A stretch of DNA of 62,110 nucleotides, counting the filler, from Sphacelaria rigidula (Eukaryota): NCBI GenBank assembly GCA_964200075.2. It is 8 parts of 8 records of this genome, joined end to end, with 100 filler letters (N's around TTAATTAATTAA, not from the genome) between each part and the next. Parts side by side here need not be neighbours in the genome. Positions count along the whole stretch, not along the records: positions 7,778 to 15,454 come from CAXNAA020013824.1; positions 15,555 to 23,231 come from CAXNAA020013825.1; positions 23,332 to 31,008 come from CAXNAA020013826.1; 5 more parts are not named here. One strand, 5' to 3'. Below, piece by piece: positions 12,301-23,801 of this stretch. The position numbers and the translations under genes are program-made. A model generated the notes under the pieces. The model saw only the letters and a program-made list of their open reading frames with translations. It did not search any database and was not told the DNA's origin. The first letter of the stretch is position 1. Each line of letters opens with the position of its first letter.

Positions 12301-13469
12301 ATGATGACGGGGAGAGCATGTCACCTCGGTAGGCCAAAAATGAGCCTCAGTTATTTTCATGGTCCGTTGTTGCTGTTTGTTGTTGTTGTGGTTGTTGTTG
12401 TGGTTGTGGTTGTCGTTGTCGCTGGTGTTGTTGTCGTTGTCGTTGTTGTTATCGCTGGTGTTGTTGTTGTTGTCGCTGGTGTTGCTGCTGCTGGTCCCGT
12501 GATCACGAGATTGATCTCGCTGTGTTGTAATGTGGTAATTTCTTGTTTCCGATTAATCAGTTTAGGGTATCGGTTCGGGAAAACGTACCCTCGGTTTGTC
12601 CATTTTTTGCGTTCGGTCTTCGTAACGAAACAATCCGCGAGTCTCCTCCCAGAATAAAAAGTACGGCAGCACACCAGCCACTCGTGAAGGCGAATAACTA
12701 TCGTCCCGATCTTGAGGGTGCGCAGCGGAAAGATGTGTGCAGTAGATTGACCTGGTGAAATGAATCCCGGGCCGAAATCTTCCACGAAAGAGAGAAGCGA
12801 CTCAAACGCCCTTGCCCCGTTGTGCGGTTACATACATACCTATATATCCCCTCCCCGAATCACCCCACACGTGAACTTACACCTGAGACACATATAGGCT
12901 GAAGGTGGCTCTGTCAGAAGTTTTCCACCAATTCTTACCCAACTCGACGCTACCGCCGGCGCTAGGAGCGTCAGAGCGTTCCACAGATTCCGCGGAATCC
13001 AAGCCGACAGCATCAGCAGCAACAACGATGAAACTGTCAAGTTCGGCGACTCTGCTACCGCGAGAGGGTGTGCAAGCGTGGCTCCTCAAGATCAACAGGT
13101 CGCTCGGCAGGGGAAGTGAGTTCCGAGCCGCGGAGGCGTGTATGGAGCAGGGATCACGTGAGGGCTTGAGCCTTGAAGGTGAAAAATAGGATGCACATGC
13201 CGTAAAATTCGTTTTTTTTCCGGCTATCTTTCATGTGTGCATGGCAATTTTTCTACTGGCACTCCCGACACCGTGGCGAATATGGGCGTCGGAATTGAAC
13301 GTGGGGTTCTCCTGCTCTCGTATCATTGTCTGATTTTGTGATGCGCCGATAAGACTGCGCGAGTCTCCTTCGACGTAAGTTAGTGCTATTTGATCATGAG
13401 CCTGAGCTATTTTGCGCCTGCCGTACCGTTACTATATTTGTTCTTGATATTTTTCGCTGCTGCTGCTGC

Positions 13470-13514
<45 letters not shown>

Positions 13515-13601
13515 AATATTTATCATTGCTACCATTACTAATTATTACTCTCGTCCATCATTGTCATCATTGAACTTATCATCACCACCACCACCACCAT
13601 T

Positions 13602-13633
<32 letters not shown>

Positions 13634-13855
13634 TATCATCGAACGGACACATGTTTGCCTTGCCCTGGATCGATTGATATCACACAAAATGAACAATCGC
13701 TCACAGATTTTTTCTCCATCTACCTTGCTGAGCTGCGCCACGGAAAGTTCTGGGGCGTAGCGCACGATCTCCACGTGTGCGGGGTACAACTCCCCGAAGG
13801 CATGCCGTGGGTAGGAGCCCACGAAACCTGCCTCGATCATATTTTTTACTCGAAG
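9358..13855 (+). CDS. Endonuclease/exonuclease/phosphatase (EEP; CCR4/nocturnin/PDE12-like) family protein, 3' end not found in contig
   Basis: Phase-consistent GT-AG exons 9358-9702, 9948-10105, 10558-11302, 12129-12328, 12898-13178, 13707-13855. EEP motifs VVSFNVL, DADIVCIQE, VNCHL, VCGDFNS and LDHIFYS occur in the correct order. The final PSDH motif exon was not located. Confidence 0.88.
12366..12492. repeat. (GTT)n-type intronic microsatellite. Similar tracts at ~13456-13513 (GCT/GTT), ~13580-13640 (CAC/CAT) and 46487-46560 (GTT)
   Basis: Seen directly in the sequence. Confidence 0.9.
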
Positions 13856-15959
13856 GTGAGTGAGCGCATACATGTTCTTTATCGGTGCATACTTTTCAAG
13901 CCGGTTGCTTTTTCGGCAGTGACCATCCCGGCGGTATATATAGATAGTATCAGATGTTTTTCTGGCTCCATCTTCCGAGAAAAACCTGATATGAGCGTAG
14001 GTTTGGCAAGGACTGAAAGCGGAAATGAAAGTGGAATTCGACGGGCTGACGAGGGAAAGTGTGTTAATTGCCTTTCCTTTCGGAGGGGTAAGAAACGAAA
14101 CAGTCGCTATTTTACTCTTAAAGCTGCTGTCGAACACTCCCGCCGGTCCTTTCGTTAACAGAATCGACGGTTGTGGTGCACCCGAGTGCTGCGGGACGGC
14201 TACCCTAGTGGGCATTCGTGACTCGCTTTGAAAAAAAACGGGTTGCGTTAAAGAGCGCAAATTCAAAACGCACGTGCTTGTTATACCACGTCGGGAGCAC
14301 CACATCCCGTTCCCTCTGTGCAGTTAAGCGGCGTCGAGTCAGGCTAGTACTACGGTGGGGGACAACGTGGGAAGCCCTGGTGCTGTTCCTCTTTAGGTAC
14401 CATGTGACTACCGCAAGATCCCTGGAGGAATAGTTGAAGTGCGACAATCAACCAAGCAACCAAGCAATCAATCTAAATCAGTTGTTTCCACTTTGGGTGG
14501 GGATCTCCCGCCACTTCCTCACTCCGTAGTGTAATATGCCCGCAGTATGTATAATGACCCGTCTTATGTACTTCATGGGCACAGTTCAATCGACATATTC
14601 GGCCATGTACTGAGTAGATTGCACCCGACGGCATCAAGCTTCTGAAGGAAGGACAAACTACACTTTCAGTTATTGAAGCTGCTACAAAAAAATTGTAAGG
14701 TGTTGCCTGGTACTCACGTACAGGAGTAACAAAAAATACCAATAAATCATTTCCGTCTGAGACGGCAGAAACACAGTACAGAAGTGTCGTGGTTGGCCTG
14801 CGAATAATTTTGTCTGTCCGATTTTAATGAGAATCTGTCCCACCCACTCAGCCGTTTGATGACTCTGGCCTTTCTCCAGATCCAGGGCTTTGTATTGCAT
14901 GGAATTATGAGTATTGACGCTAAAACGTGTGATGGCCCTCATGTGCTCCCGCGACGTGATACGTGTGATTACACGGACACAGAGACGGTCCCGCCCACTG
15001 TAGTGTCGTGAGTTGTCGGTGCGGCATGAACGTTTTTATTGGGACCCCGTAGTATAGTGGAATCTGGACCTATGACATGGTACATGCGCGCCCTTAAAGC
15101 CTGTTGTTGACCGTGGCGATGATTTGGAAACTTTTCATCGGCTCTGATATTCTTCACCAGAAATATGATAAAACGGCATATTGATTACATCACGTGATGT
15201 GAGACGATCAACCGAGTGATCAACTCAATAACCGGAGCCCACGTCCTACATTCCATATCCCATCACACTGTGTCATGGTAGCAGCGCAACGCCCAATATT
15301 ATCGTGATCACCCCCAAGAACAGAAAAACCAAGCATGCAGTGCAGTGCAGACGTGGTGTCCGCGGTATTGGACCTGTGCCTTGTGGCGAAATCACGCCGT
15401 AACGGTTGAGTATTTATTGGATCCTGGATGATGACCAGGGGACAAGGGCATCCTNNNNNNNNNNNNNNNNNNNNNNNNNNNNNNNNNNNNNNNNNNNNTT
15501 AATTAATTAANNNNNNNNNNNNNNNNNNNNNNNNNNNNNNNNNNNNNNNNNNNNATGAGCTGCATCCTGCTAAGATTAATCAGCCCGAAGCCTACTGATT
15601 ATCTTGCATTTGGATGACAGCCTCCAATGAGTTGCTTCATTTTCTGGTATCGCAACTTCCAGAGACAGCCACGGCTAGAACACCGCCTCATTGGTGTCTA
15701 ACCACAGGGGGGGGGGGGTAGTGGGTTCAACTCCCACAGTGCCTTCCGAACGCTCGAGCCGCCTACCCCACATGACCGTTACGAGGCGATCTAGCCGAGC
15801 TTCCGGGTAATCGGCAAACAAGCCCGCTCACCGGGTAAGTGTTGGGTCAGGTTTCCTCTTTCCTTCAGGGAAGAAAAAATAAAATAAGGGGCAAATGAAA
15901 AAGAATACCACGGACATTGCTTGAGCAAAAACCGACACACAACCGTTGTCACATTTTAC

Positions 15960-18900
15960 CTTCGACAGGCCGAAATCGATGAGCTTCACCACCAGCGGCT
16001 CATCCGGCGACTCCAGCATGATATTCTCCATCTACAGTACAGCAGATAAAACGGTTCATGGCCGAACAATGACAAGAGGCGTGAGCTGCAGCACATGGTA
16101 ACAACAAATAACACTCAACCCACAACGCGTCTTCTATTGCACCATCCACGGAAGATTGACCATGGATTGATACGGGGCGGGGAGGGAGATATACGCCAAT
16201 TACTGCAGTACGCGCTAAACACGCCAGAAGCGAGACTTTTAATACGTCAAGAAGATGAATCGTGGACAAGTCGATCTGCCCAGATAAATACCTTCAAGTC
16301 ACGGTGGCAGATCTTAGCGGTCTCGTGCATGTACACCAAGGCCCGTATCACCTGACTCATCACGGAGCATATCTGCATGGCGAACACATTCCACAAAACA
16401 TCAGAACGTAGGACGAACAACTCGAGGGCTTACGGGTGTCAACACCAGGGCCCATGAATTACTTGCAGAGATCGGGCGTGCTTGGGCGTGCGTGCGGAGG
16501 TGGGCTCCGGCGAGTGCGGTAGTGTCGTCCGTGTCTATCGAAATCGCGTGGTGACAGTAAATATTCTCCGCAGTGGGAATACTGGAGTTGCAACACAGTG
16601 GCCGTTATCGGTTGGCAACAGCTGCGGCACGCCTGCAGTCTTTTCCGGCCTTGTATTGCAAGTTGATGAGCAAGATTTGGCCGCACGAATATAAATTTCC
16701 CAAGCTATCAGCTGTTGATAGTATGTCGATTCTTTCTCGTTACCTGAGTCTCGTTGAAGTCGCGGCGATTCAGCTGTCCGCCTGCCCAAGAGCGCAGACA
16801 GGAGAAGAATCACGGGAAAAGCGAAGGATGGCATCGCGCGCAAAGAAAACAGAGGTGTACGGCATTGCGATCGCGTGAAGCTGCTAGTCGTGTACGTGAT
16901 GACTGCGTGGTTTGAGTCGTTTGAAACCTCAGCGAATCACCCCGCTTATTTTTTTTCCGGCAATGTTCCTGCCCCCGCCCATATTTACAATCAGCGCAGA
17001 TCGGTACGAGACAACGGGATCCTCACGTAGTCCGATAGGTCTATGCAACATGACAGTTGATCGTTTATTTTCATTTTGTCATACCCCCCCCCTCCACCTT
17101 CCCCCCCTTTAGCCTGGTCGGGCGAAAACCCGGCGTGCTCCGTCCCGGTTTTGTAGGGGCGGACCCCTTTGGGATTGGCGTCGGTTGGCGCTGACGCTGT
17201 AAAACACGCCACTCGCTGCGTAAGCTAGGCAACCAGGTTACCGATTTTTTTGCGCGCTTGCGTCTTTTTTGCGGTAACCGTGACGATGGCCGAGCTAGAT
17301 CATATTGTGCGGGGTGGGACAACCTCAACTTCGCGCGAAGGGGATGATCGTAATACTTTCTTTTATTCGCACTTTGAACCCCCCCCCGTTCCTCGGGGCG
17401 AGTCCGTGGTCTCAACTGATCAACCCATCTCTCCCCGGTACAGCACGCGCCTTGCATTTTGGTGTCGCGGATAGGATCATGACCATCAGCACTCCCGGAC
17501 CGCGTCAACTCATGTCAAACGAAATCAGTGAATCATTTTTGTTCGCGCTCATCCTCACGTTTTCCACGGTGGAAAGAAGCTATTACGAAGATAGAAACCA
17601 AACGCATCGGGAATCGAAAACTCGTTCTCTCTACCCTATTGGCGACAGTCGAACCATTTCACCACCGGGGCGCGTCAGCGCAGTTCTAGTATGCAGAAAA
17701 GCATGACCCGAGCCTGATCCAATGCTCCCCACCTGTGCACAAGGTCATCAGCATATATATCATCTTCTTGTGGTAGAAAACCTCGCGCAGCTGTATGATG
17801 TTGGGGTGGTGCAACTGCTGGAGGATTTGCACCTGCTCCACCAGCGAGCGATATGAGAAGAGAGATGGGAAAGAGGCACAGATACATCCTGTGGCCCATG
17901 AGTCAGTCTTGTCGATCATGGGTATTTGGTCGTTTGGACGTAACGGTTTCTATGACAATGTTATAATAGTGCAAAGAAAACGAACAAGCAGATTTTCGTC
18001 ACGAAAAAATGAAATTAAGCACAATTTTGGCCTGTGTTGATGATCGTTTAGAGATCTTTCTTGCATTTTCCCCCTGACTTTCCAGCATCAACTTTCACTG
18101 ACGGCGAGGGCGGGGGCGAGGGCAACAATTATATATACGACTATTTATATATATATTTATAGTAGCAGTATTCTTGACGTGCTCTTGTCCCTGGAAAAGG
18201 GGCAAAATACCGCCACTTTCAGACCCACTGATTTCTATCTTCGCGGCCGTTCGCCGCTTGGGGGCAAGCGGCAACTGTTGAAAGAACATGGGTTCTGAAT
18301 TTATAAACCGCGAAAAAGTGCGTTACGAAAAAAAAAATGATGAAAAAATGGAACACCGTTAAGGGCTCGTACAGATTCAACCAAGTAGACATATGGGACA
18401 GAGCAAGTACATCTGTAGAGCAATGGGCCATAGAGTTCCATGTGCAGCCTAACACACAGCAGGTCATCCCAGTAAAAACAACGAGAACGCAGGTGACTGT
18501 GGAAAGAGCGTTTTGTCTTCCATATCGTGAAAATTGCTCCCCTTCTGTGGGCACACGACACCTTCACAAGTTTCACGCTCCTATTTTCTGTTTCCGCCTG
18601 AGGGCTTCCAGGCGTAGCCTTTCTTGCCGGCTGTCGGTGAAGATTTCCCTATCCTTTTTCGCGCACCATTTCGACCCCGTCTCGCGTGTGAACTTCCACC
18701 ATCATGCTGCACTTTCGGACGAGGCGGCCCGCCTCACGATTTTCGAGTGCATTTACTTTACCGCGATCAACCCCGTGGCCGCGAGGGTATTGTAGTCCAT
18801 CTGTATCATGCATACTTTTTCAAGTGAAATTGAAGTCGATTCAACTCATGACCTATGCCCGACGTCAAAGGGTTAAGGCCGGGTTCGAACTGACGACCGT

Positions 18901-21900
18901 CGAATCCCGTGGCGGGCGGTGCTACTGTACCATAGACGCCACTGTCCCGTCTTTTACAGACGAGGGTTATGCGGTGCTCTACGTACGATACTCTCAATAC
19001 AGCCAAATTCGGTATTGTGAACGGTCGAGTGCCCGCACTAGCCAATATACACGAACGCAACTTGCAGTTCCGTAGGAGTGAGACGTCAACTTCACGTTCG
19101 ACGGTGCGCGTCTACGTTTCACTTTTTTTTTTACACTAAAACAAATTCGTCAATGAAAACGCTCAAGATGATACCTGGAAGTAACACACTATCCTTTTAT
19201 TAAACTCTGCCTCTCCACACTTCACCATACGCAACAACCGCACATCCTTTCTTATTCCTTCTTCAAATGACCTTGCCTCGTTCTCGAACTCCTTCACTCT
19301 GCTCTTGGACAGGCGGTTGACGTGAATAGATTTCATGGCGTACAATCGATCCGGCTGTTTATCACGCCGGTAGTGAAGCGAAGCGAAGCGACAAGAAAAG
19401 AAAAAAATGAAACGAAAACGACAATAGCAGGGGGGTAGCGTAATTTCAGAAATTACTTCCTTCAGCAAATTGCACGAGTCAGAGTTTGTTCAACAATTAC
19501 GGGATGTTCCAACAATTACGGGATGCAGCGTATGCTTTCATCGGGAAAGTACTCGAAAACAGAGAGTAGCTCCTGAGCTACCACCAACGTCGGAGGTCGG
19601 CCGACGATATCGATCCGAAAGGGCATCTGGCCGGCTCCCGAGGGATTCAAAAATGTCGGGGGAAAACTGTCACTAGCTGGCATTGACGCAACATCGCCCA
19701 CCGCGCACCGGTGGTCCCATGGATAGGGCTGACAAAGATTGGGTCGGAGCAATGCACACCCTGGACAATATATGGTCAATAGTTGCGACAGGCAAAAAAG
19801 GTACTGCGTAAAGTATAGGGCTCTTGCAACTATTGTCATATATATATGGTCAATAGATGCGATAGACAAAAAATGTACTGCGAACTACTACAACTACAGT
19901 CGACAATAGATGCAATAGGCCTATAATTTACGCAGTACATTTTTTTTGTGTGTTGCAACTATTGATCATATATTGTCATTGTCCAGGCAGGGTGTGGAAT
20001 AATACGAGTTCGATTCCCAGCAGATACATTTGGGACTCTTTTTCCGAACAGGTATCTGATTTCTGCCATTGAAAACGCGAGAACATGAGAAGCGAAGAAA
20101 GTTCATCGGACCAGAGTTGAAGTGGTGCGGGAGTGTTGGTCATGATCCAACCCGCGGTACCAACATACAACGTACAGTACATGCCTCTTACTAGCTTTCT
20201 CGAGTTTCCCTTCAGCAAGTGTTCCGTTATTTTGTCCACCTTAGGTGCGTCTATGCCGTGACCGCGGCTGGATCCCTCAGGGATCAGCTAATGTGCGATA
20301 ATCACCCGATCAAGCCAACGTTAACATGTGAGGCAGGCAAAAACAAAGCGGTTCCCTCGCTATACGTAATGGCCTCCTGTCTAAGTAGGTCGTGGTGCGC
20401 AGGGCGTGTACCGGGGGAGAGATGGGTTAAACCCTCGAGTCTACGGACTCATCCCAAATAAGGGGGAGGGTTGCGTGTGTACGTGTGTGTATGTTGTCAT
20501 CCCATGTATTCTGGACGCCAGTCTACACCTTTCGGTATGTGTGGGCGCATCAGCCGGGGTCACACAGAAGGAAGGCCAACACAGGAGATTTTGCTTTTAT
20601 TTTGTTTCAGTACCCCACATTCCTTCTGCGGTGCTTGCATTATTTTTTAACGCGAGAGGGATTCAGCAGTTCCTTTCCCTCGTCCATTGTAAAATAATTT
20701 TTTGTGTAACCACGACACAGTCGCTCTCCACCGTCGGGCGTTGAGGGAGAAAAACAAATTCCAGGTACTATCAATGCACCGAGATTCGAACCCACGTCAC
20801 AGCCGTCAGACGGTTTCGAGGTAACCAACTGAGCCAGAGTGTCATGACGAAGCAAACGAACAGATGTACTTTTCCGTAGGGGTTGGTCGACTGGTATACC
20901 TGCATAGTGTCTCCACCCGTGGCGCTCCCATCATTTGTCTCCACCGTTACCTCGTCCAGGTGTTCCAGGTTATTGTTGCTGGCATTGTCGAGGTTGCCAT
21001 GTTGAGAACCGCCGAGGGCCCACTTCCTCCTCACGATAGAAACCTCCCCTATGCTACCATGCCTGACGGACCATCCGCCCACGCCAGCCAAGCAATTGCC
21101 ATCAATCCATCCAAGCCACGTCAGATATGGAAGCGGAGGTGTTTTGTGAGGGCGATAATACCAGCAGAAACGCAAAAAGGGGGAGGAAAAACACGCAGGT
21201 GCGTGCGTATTTTGCAAGGGCTGGCTATGGAATGGCTTGAGCAGCATTAATAAAACTTACATCAGAAGGCGGGAACGTGAACGTCGAAATCCGTAGCTTT
21301 CCGTGAATGGCACAAGGTACGGTACAAAAACCAAGAAAAGTGGATACGAAGCTCCAAGAACGGGATGGTGGGACAACGATCCATCCGCTGATGTCCCCAG
21401 CACGGTTTGGACGACCAAATTTTCCCCACTTTTCTTGTGGGTGGGTACATTGTAAGTTCCGCAGGTGCCCCTAGTTGACTTTGGTCAAGTTGGTGTGGTG
21501 GCGATTCCATTCTTGACACACTGACAACACTACGGCATGCAAGATCGTGAGTGCATCCCTGGAAAACGCTTCACAGCTCCGACAAAGGTACATCCGGTAG
21601 TCCTGTGATACCCAATACGAACCACAGTTGCAACAGTGAGATCTTCATTTGTGAGCGCCGAAGCGCAACCGTTATGAGATGAGAATAACAGTTAGGTTGA
21701 TGTTTGAAAGAACTACTGCTGCTATGACGTCGGGTCTACAGGCATAGGTAGAGATTGACCACACATCAAATCTACACCAGCCAACAGGGATGAGCTCTGG
21801 TTTCGAAGACGGTCGAGGGAGTAGGTGCGAAATACCCCACACTAGATGTGGGGTTAGATTGAAGGTCGCTTATCCATGCTGAAGCGGCTGGGAAAAGTTC

Positions 21901-22615
21901 CGTCGTTTGATCACTAGCTTCGTGCAAGAATACCGACACATATGCTCGTACGCGTGGCCTGCTCAACCTCCCCCGGTCTATTTTCAATATAGGTGCTACT
22001 GCCAGCAAGAGTCCAGTCCAAAATTTGAAGAGTTGAGGTTGGCCATTCGACAGCGAGGGTAGTCCATCTGGACCATGCATGCTCATTTCCAGTGAAATTT
22101 ATGCCGATTGAACAGATGAGATACTGTCGCCGTCAAAGGGTCTAGTATGTCACGAGAAGGTTGTTGGGTGATGTCACGTTGGACTTCTAAGAATATACGC
22201 TCAGGAAACATAATATTCTACTGCCTGCAGACCCCCCCCCCCACCTGTCTATGTGTCCAGACGTCGCTGGATGTTACCTTTCAAAGCACTTGAAACCCGC
22301 GATAAAACACCCGACAACCGACAAGTACAACACCTACACCCAAACGTATAAATCACACCACTACCAGCACCTAAAAGAGGGGCGAAAGAAGCCCCCCAAA
22401 CGGCGTACACGCGGAAAACAACGTACCCGATTACCCGCACCACGTCGAACTTGTCCTCGAAGTTTTTCTCTTGGATCCACGCCAGGCTGCGGCTCAAGTC
22501 GGATTGCCCTCGCAAGAACGTTCTGCCCCGCTTGTTGCTGTTACTACCCGTCAATGTCAGGGTTATCTCTCCACCGTTCGGCTGCTCATCACCTCTCGCT
22601 ACCGCTCCTTTGCTG
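15960..22615 (-). CDS. Ser/Thr protein kinase, CAMK/CDPK-like, partial at both ends
   Basis: Minus-strand exons ~22615-22427, 21062-20900, 20239-20192 (acceptor uncertain), 19354-19277, 17832-17733, 16781-16744, 16372-16292, 16031-15960. They join in phase to give VIGHGSIGEV, YAMKSI, FENEVQILQQLHHPNII, LCTGGQL, CHRDLKMENIML and KLIDFGLSK. Confidence 0.92.
18877..18949 (-). repeat. tRNA-derived (SINE-head-like) sequence, not a functional tRNA
   Basis: Minus strand reads GGGACAGTGGCGTCTATGG...GTCAGTTCGAACCCGGCC, with A-box-like and B-box motifs at tRNA spacing. The acceptor stem does not pair. Confidence 0.4.
19754..19997. mobile_element. MITE with GCACACCCTGGACAA TIRs and AAT TSD, same TIR family as 42910-44648
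   Basis: AAT|GCACACCCTGGACAATATATGGTCAATAG...CTATTGATCATATATTGTCATTGTCCAGGCAGGGTGTGG|AAT. The interior is largely palindromic. Confidence 0.8.
20471..20836 (-). mobile_element. tRNA-derived SINE (~370 bp, CA-rich tail)
   Basis: Minus strand has the A box TGGCTCAGTTGG and B box GGTTCGAATC. The full length is homologous to the plus-strand copy at 31509-31890 in another contig. Confidence 0.75.
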
Positions 22616-22650
22616 CTGATACGCACGCGGCACGGGGGGGAGGGGAGGGG

Positions 22651-23075
22651 TAGTCTTGATATTGCATGCTGTGGTCAAATGCCCATTGACCTCGCATCCC
22701 TACAAAGCCGGGACGGAGTACGCCGAGTTTTTGCCGGACCAGGCTTTCAGTCAACCACCAAGCGCGAAGCGCCGTGTTGTGTTCGGCGAGTCGCATGAAG
22801 GGTGAGCTGCATCCTGCCGGGATTGTTCTGTTCGGCCCGAAGCGTACTGATTGTCTTGGATATGGATGGGAGCCTCGAATGGGTTGCTTCATTCTCTGGT
22901 ATCGCCACCTCCATGGACAACGACGGGTTACATTGCCTCATGGGTGTCTCACCATGTAATTACAACGTAGTGCGATTGTCTCCCGTGCGCGAAGTTGAGG
23001 TTCTCCACTTCATACAATATGCTCTAACTCTACTACTATCATGATTACCGCAAAGGAAACGCAAGCGAGAAAATA
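22651..23075 (+). repeat. High-copy interspersed repeat associated with G-runs (see 45210-45805)
   Basis: Shares CATTGACCTCGCATCCCTACAAAGCCGGGACGGAG..CGCCG...GAGCTGCATCCTGC with copies at 15555-15705, 17109-17355(-), 23140-23231, 33732-33805, 45210-45805, 46661-46725(-) and 54232-54335. Confidence 0.85.
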
Positions 23076-23801
23076 CCTGTAACCCACTTGCCTAGTTTAT
23101 GCAGGGAGTGGTGTGTTCTACAGCGTCGTTGTCAAACGCCAAACCTCAACCCTTGAAGGGCACCGAGCGGGGGGGGGGCGTACTCATTTGTTGCTTGCCT
23201 TAGTCATTTGACCATTGACCACGCATCCCTTNNNNNNNNNNNNNNNNNNNNNNNNNNNNNNNNNNNNNNNNNNNNTTAATTAATTAANNNNNNNNNNNNN
23301 NNNNNNNNNNNNNNNNNNNNNNNNNNNNNNNCCTCTTTCTCCGTGCAACCAAATCCCCCCCCCCCTATCGTAGGATGACTCACCACACCTCTCTTGCGAA
23401 AACTATTGGCTTTTTCTGTAAGTTTGTTCCTTGACAACTATTAATATATGTGGTACACCTTCAGTGCGCCTTCCTGCGGTTCCCCATACACGGTTTCCTC
23501 TACAGGTGTCGTATTTCTGCCGCAGTTCCTCTCTTTTCGGCGTTTAGCTTCAGTTCTTCATATTTTGCTCTGCTGTGTGCCCTTTCGGTACATGTAACAA
23601 TTGTCGCGATAACGCTGATTGTTATTATCACCGCAGTTTACTCTACTTCGGGTACCTCCATTTATAAATGTTGTAGTCTTCACTGCTTAATTTGCTTTTC
23701 GGTACTTACAATCCCCTGCCGAGCCCACACTACCTGCTATTACTACATCAGAACTATTGTACTCTGGTGTCTGGCGTCCATTTCTACCTCTTCAATTTAA
23801 T

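Noticed and set aside
12301-12785. Poly-Val / poly-Thr ORFs (also 13390-13677, 46323-46616)
   Set aside because: Translations of GTT/CAT microsatellites in introns or at contig ends.
20775-20836. tRNA gene (also 18877-18949, 31509-31575, ~59885-59935)
   Set aside because: A/B boxes are present but there is no pairing acceptor stem or cloverleaf. These are better explained as SINE heads or relics.
23440-23470. Primer-binding site TGGTACACCTTCAG and 5' LTR end
   Set aside because: Not preceded by a clear ..CA LTR end, no second LTR in the contig to compare, and I cannot match it to a tRNA 3' end by eye.
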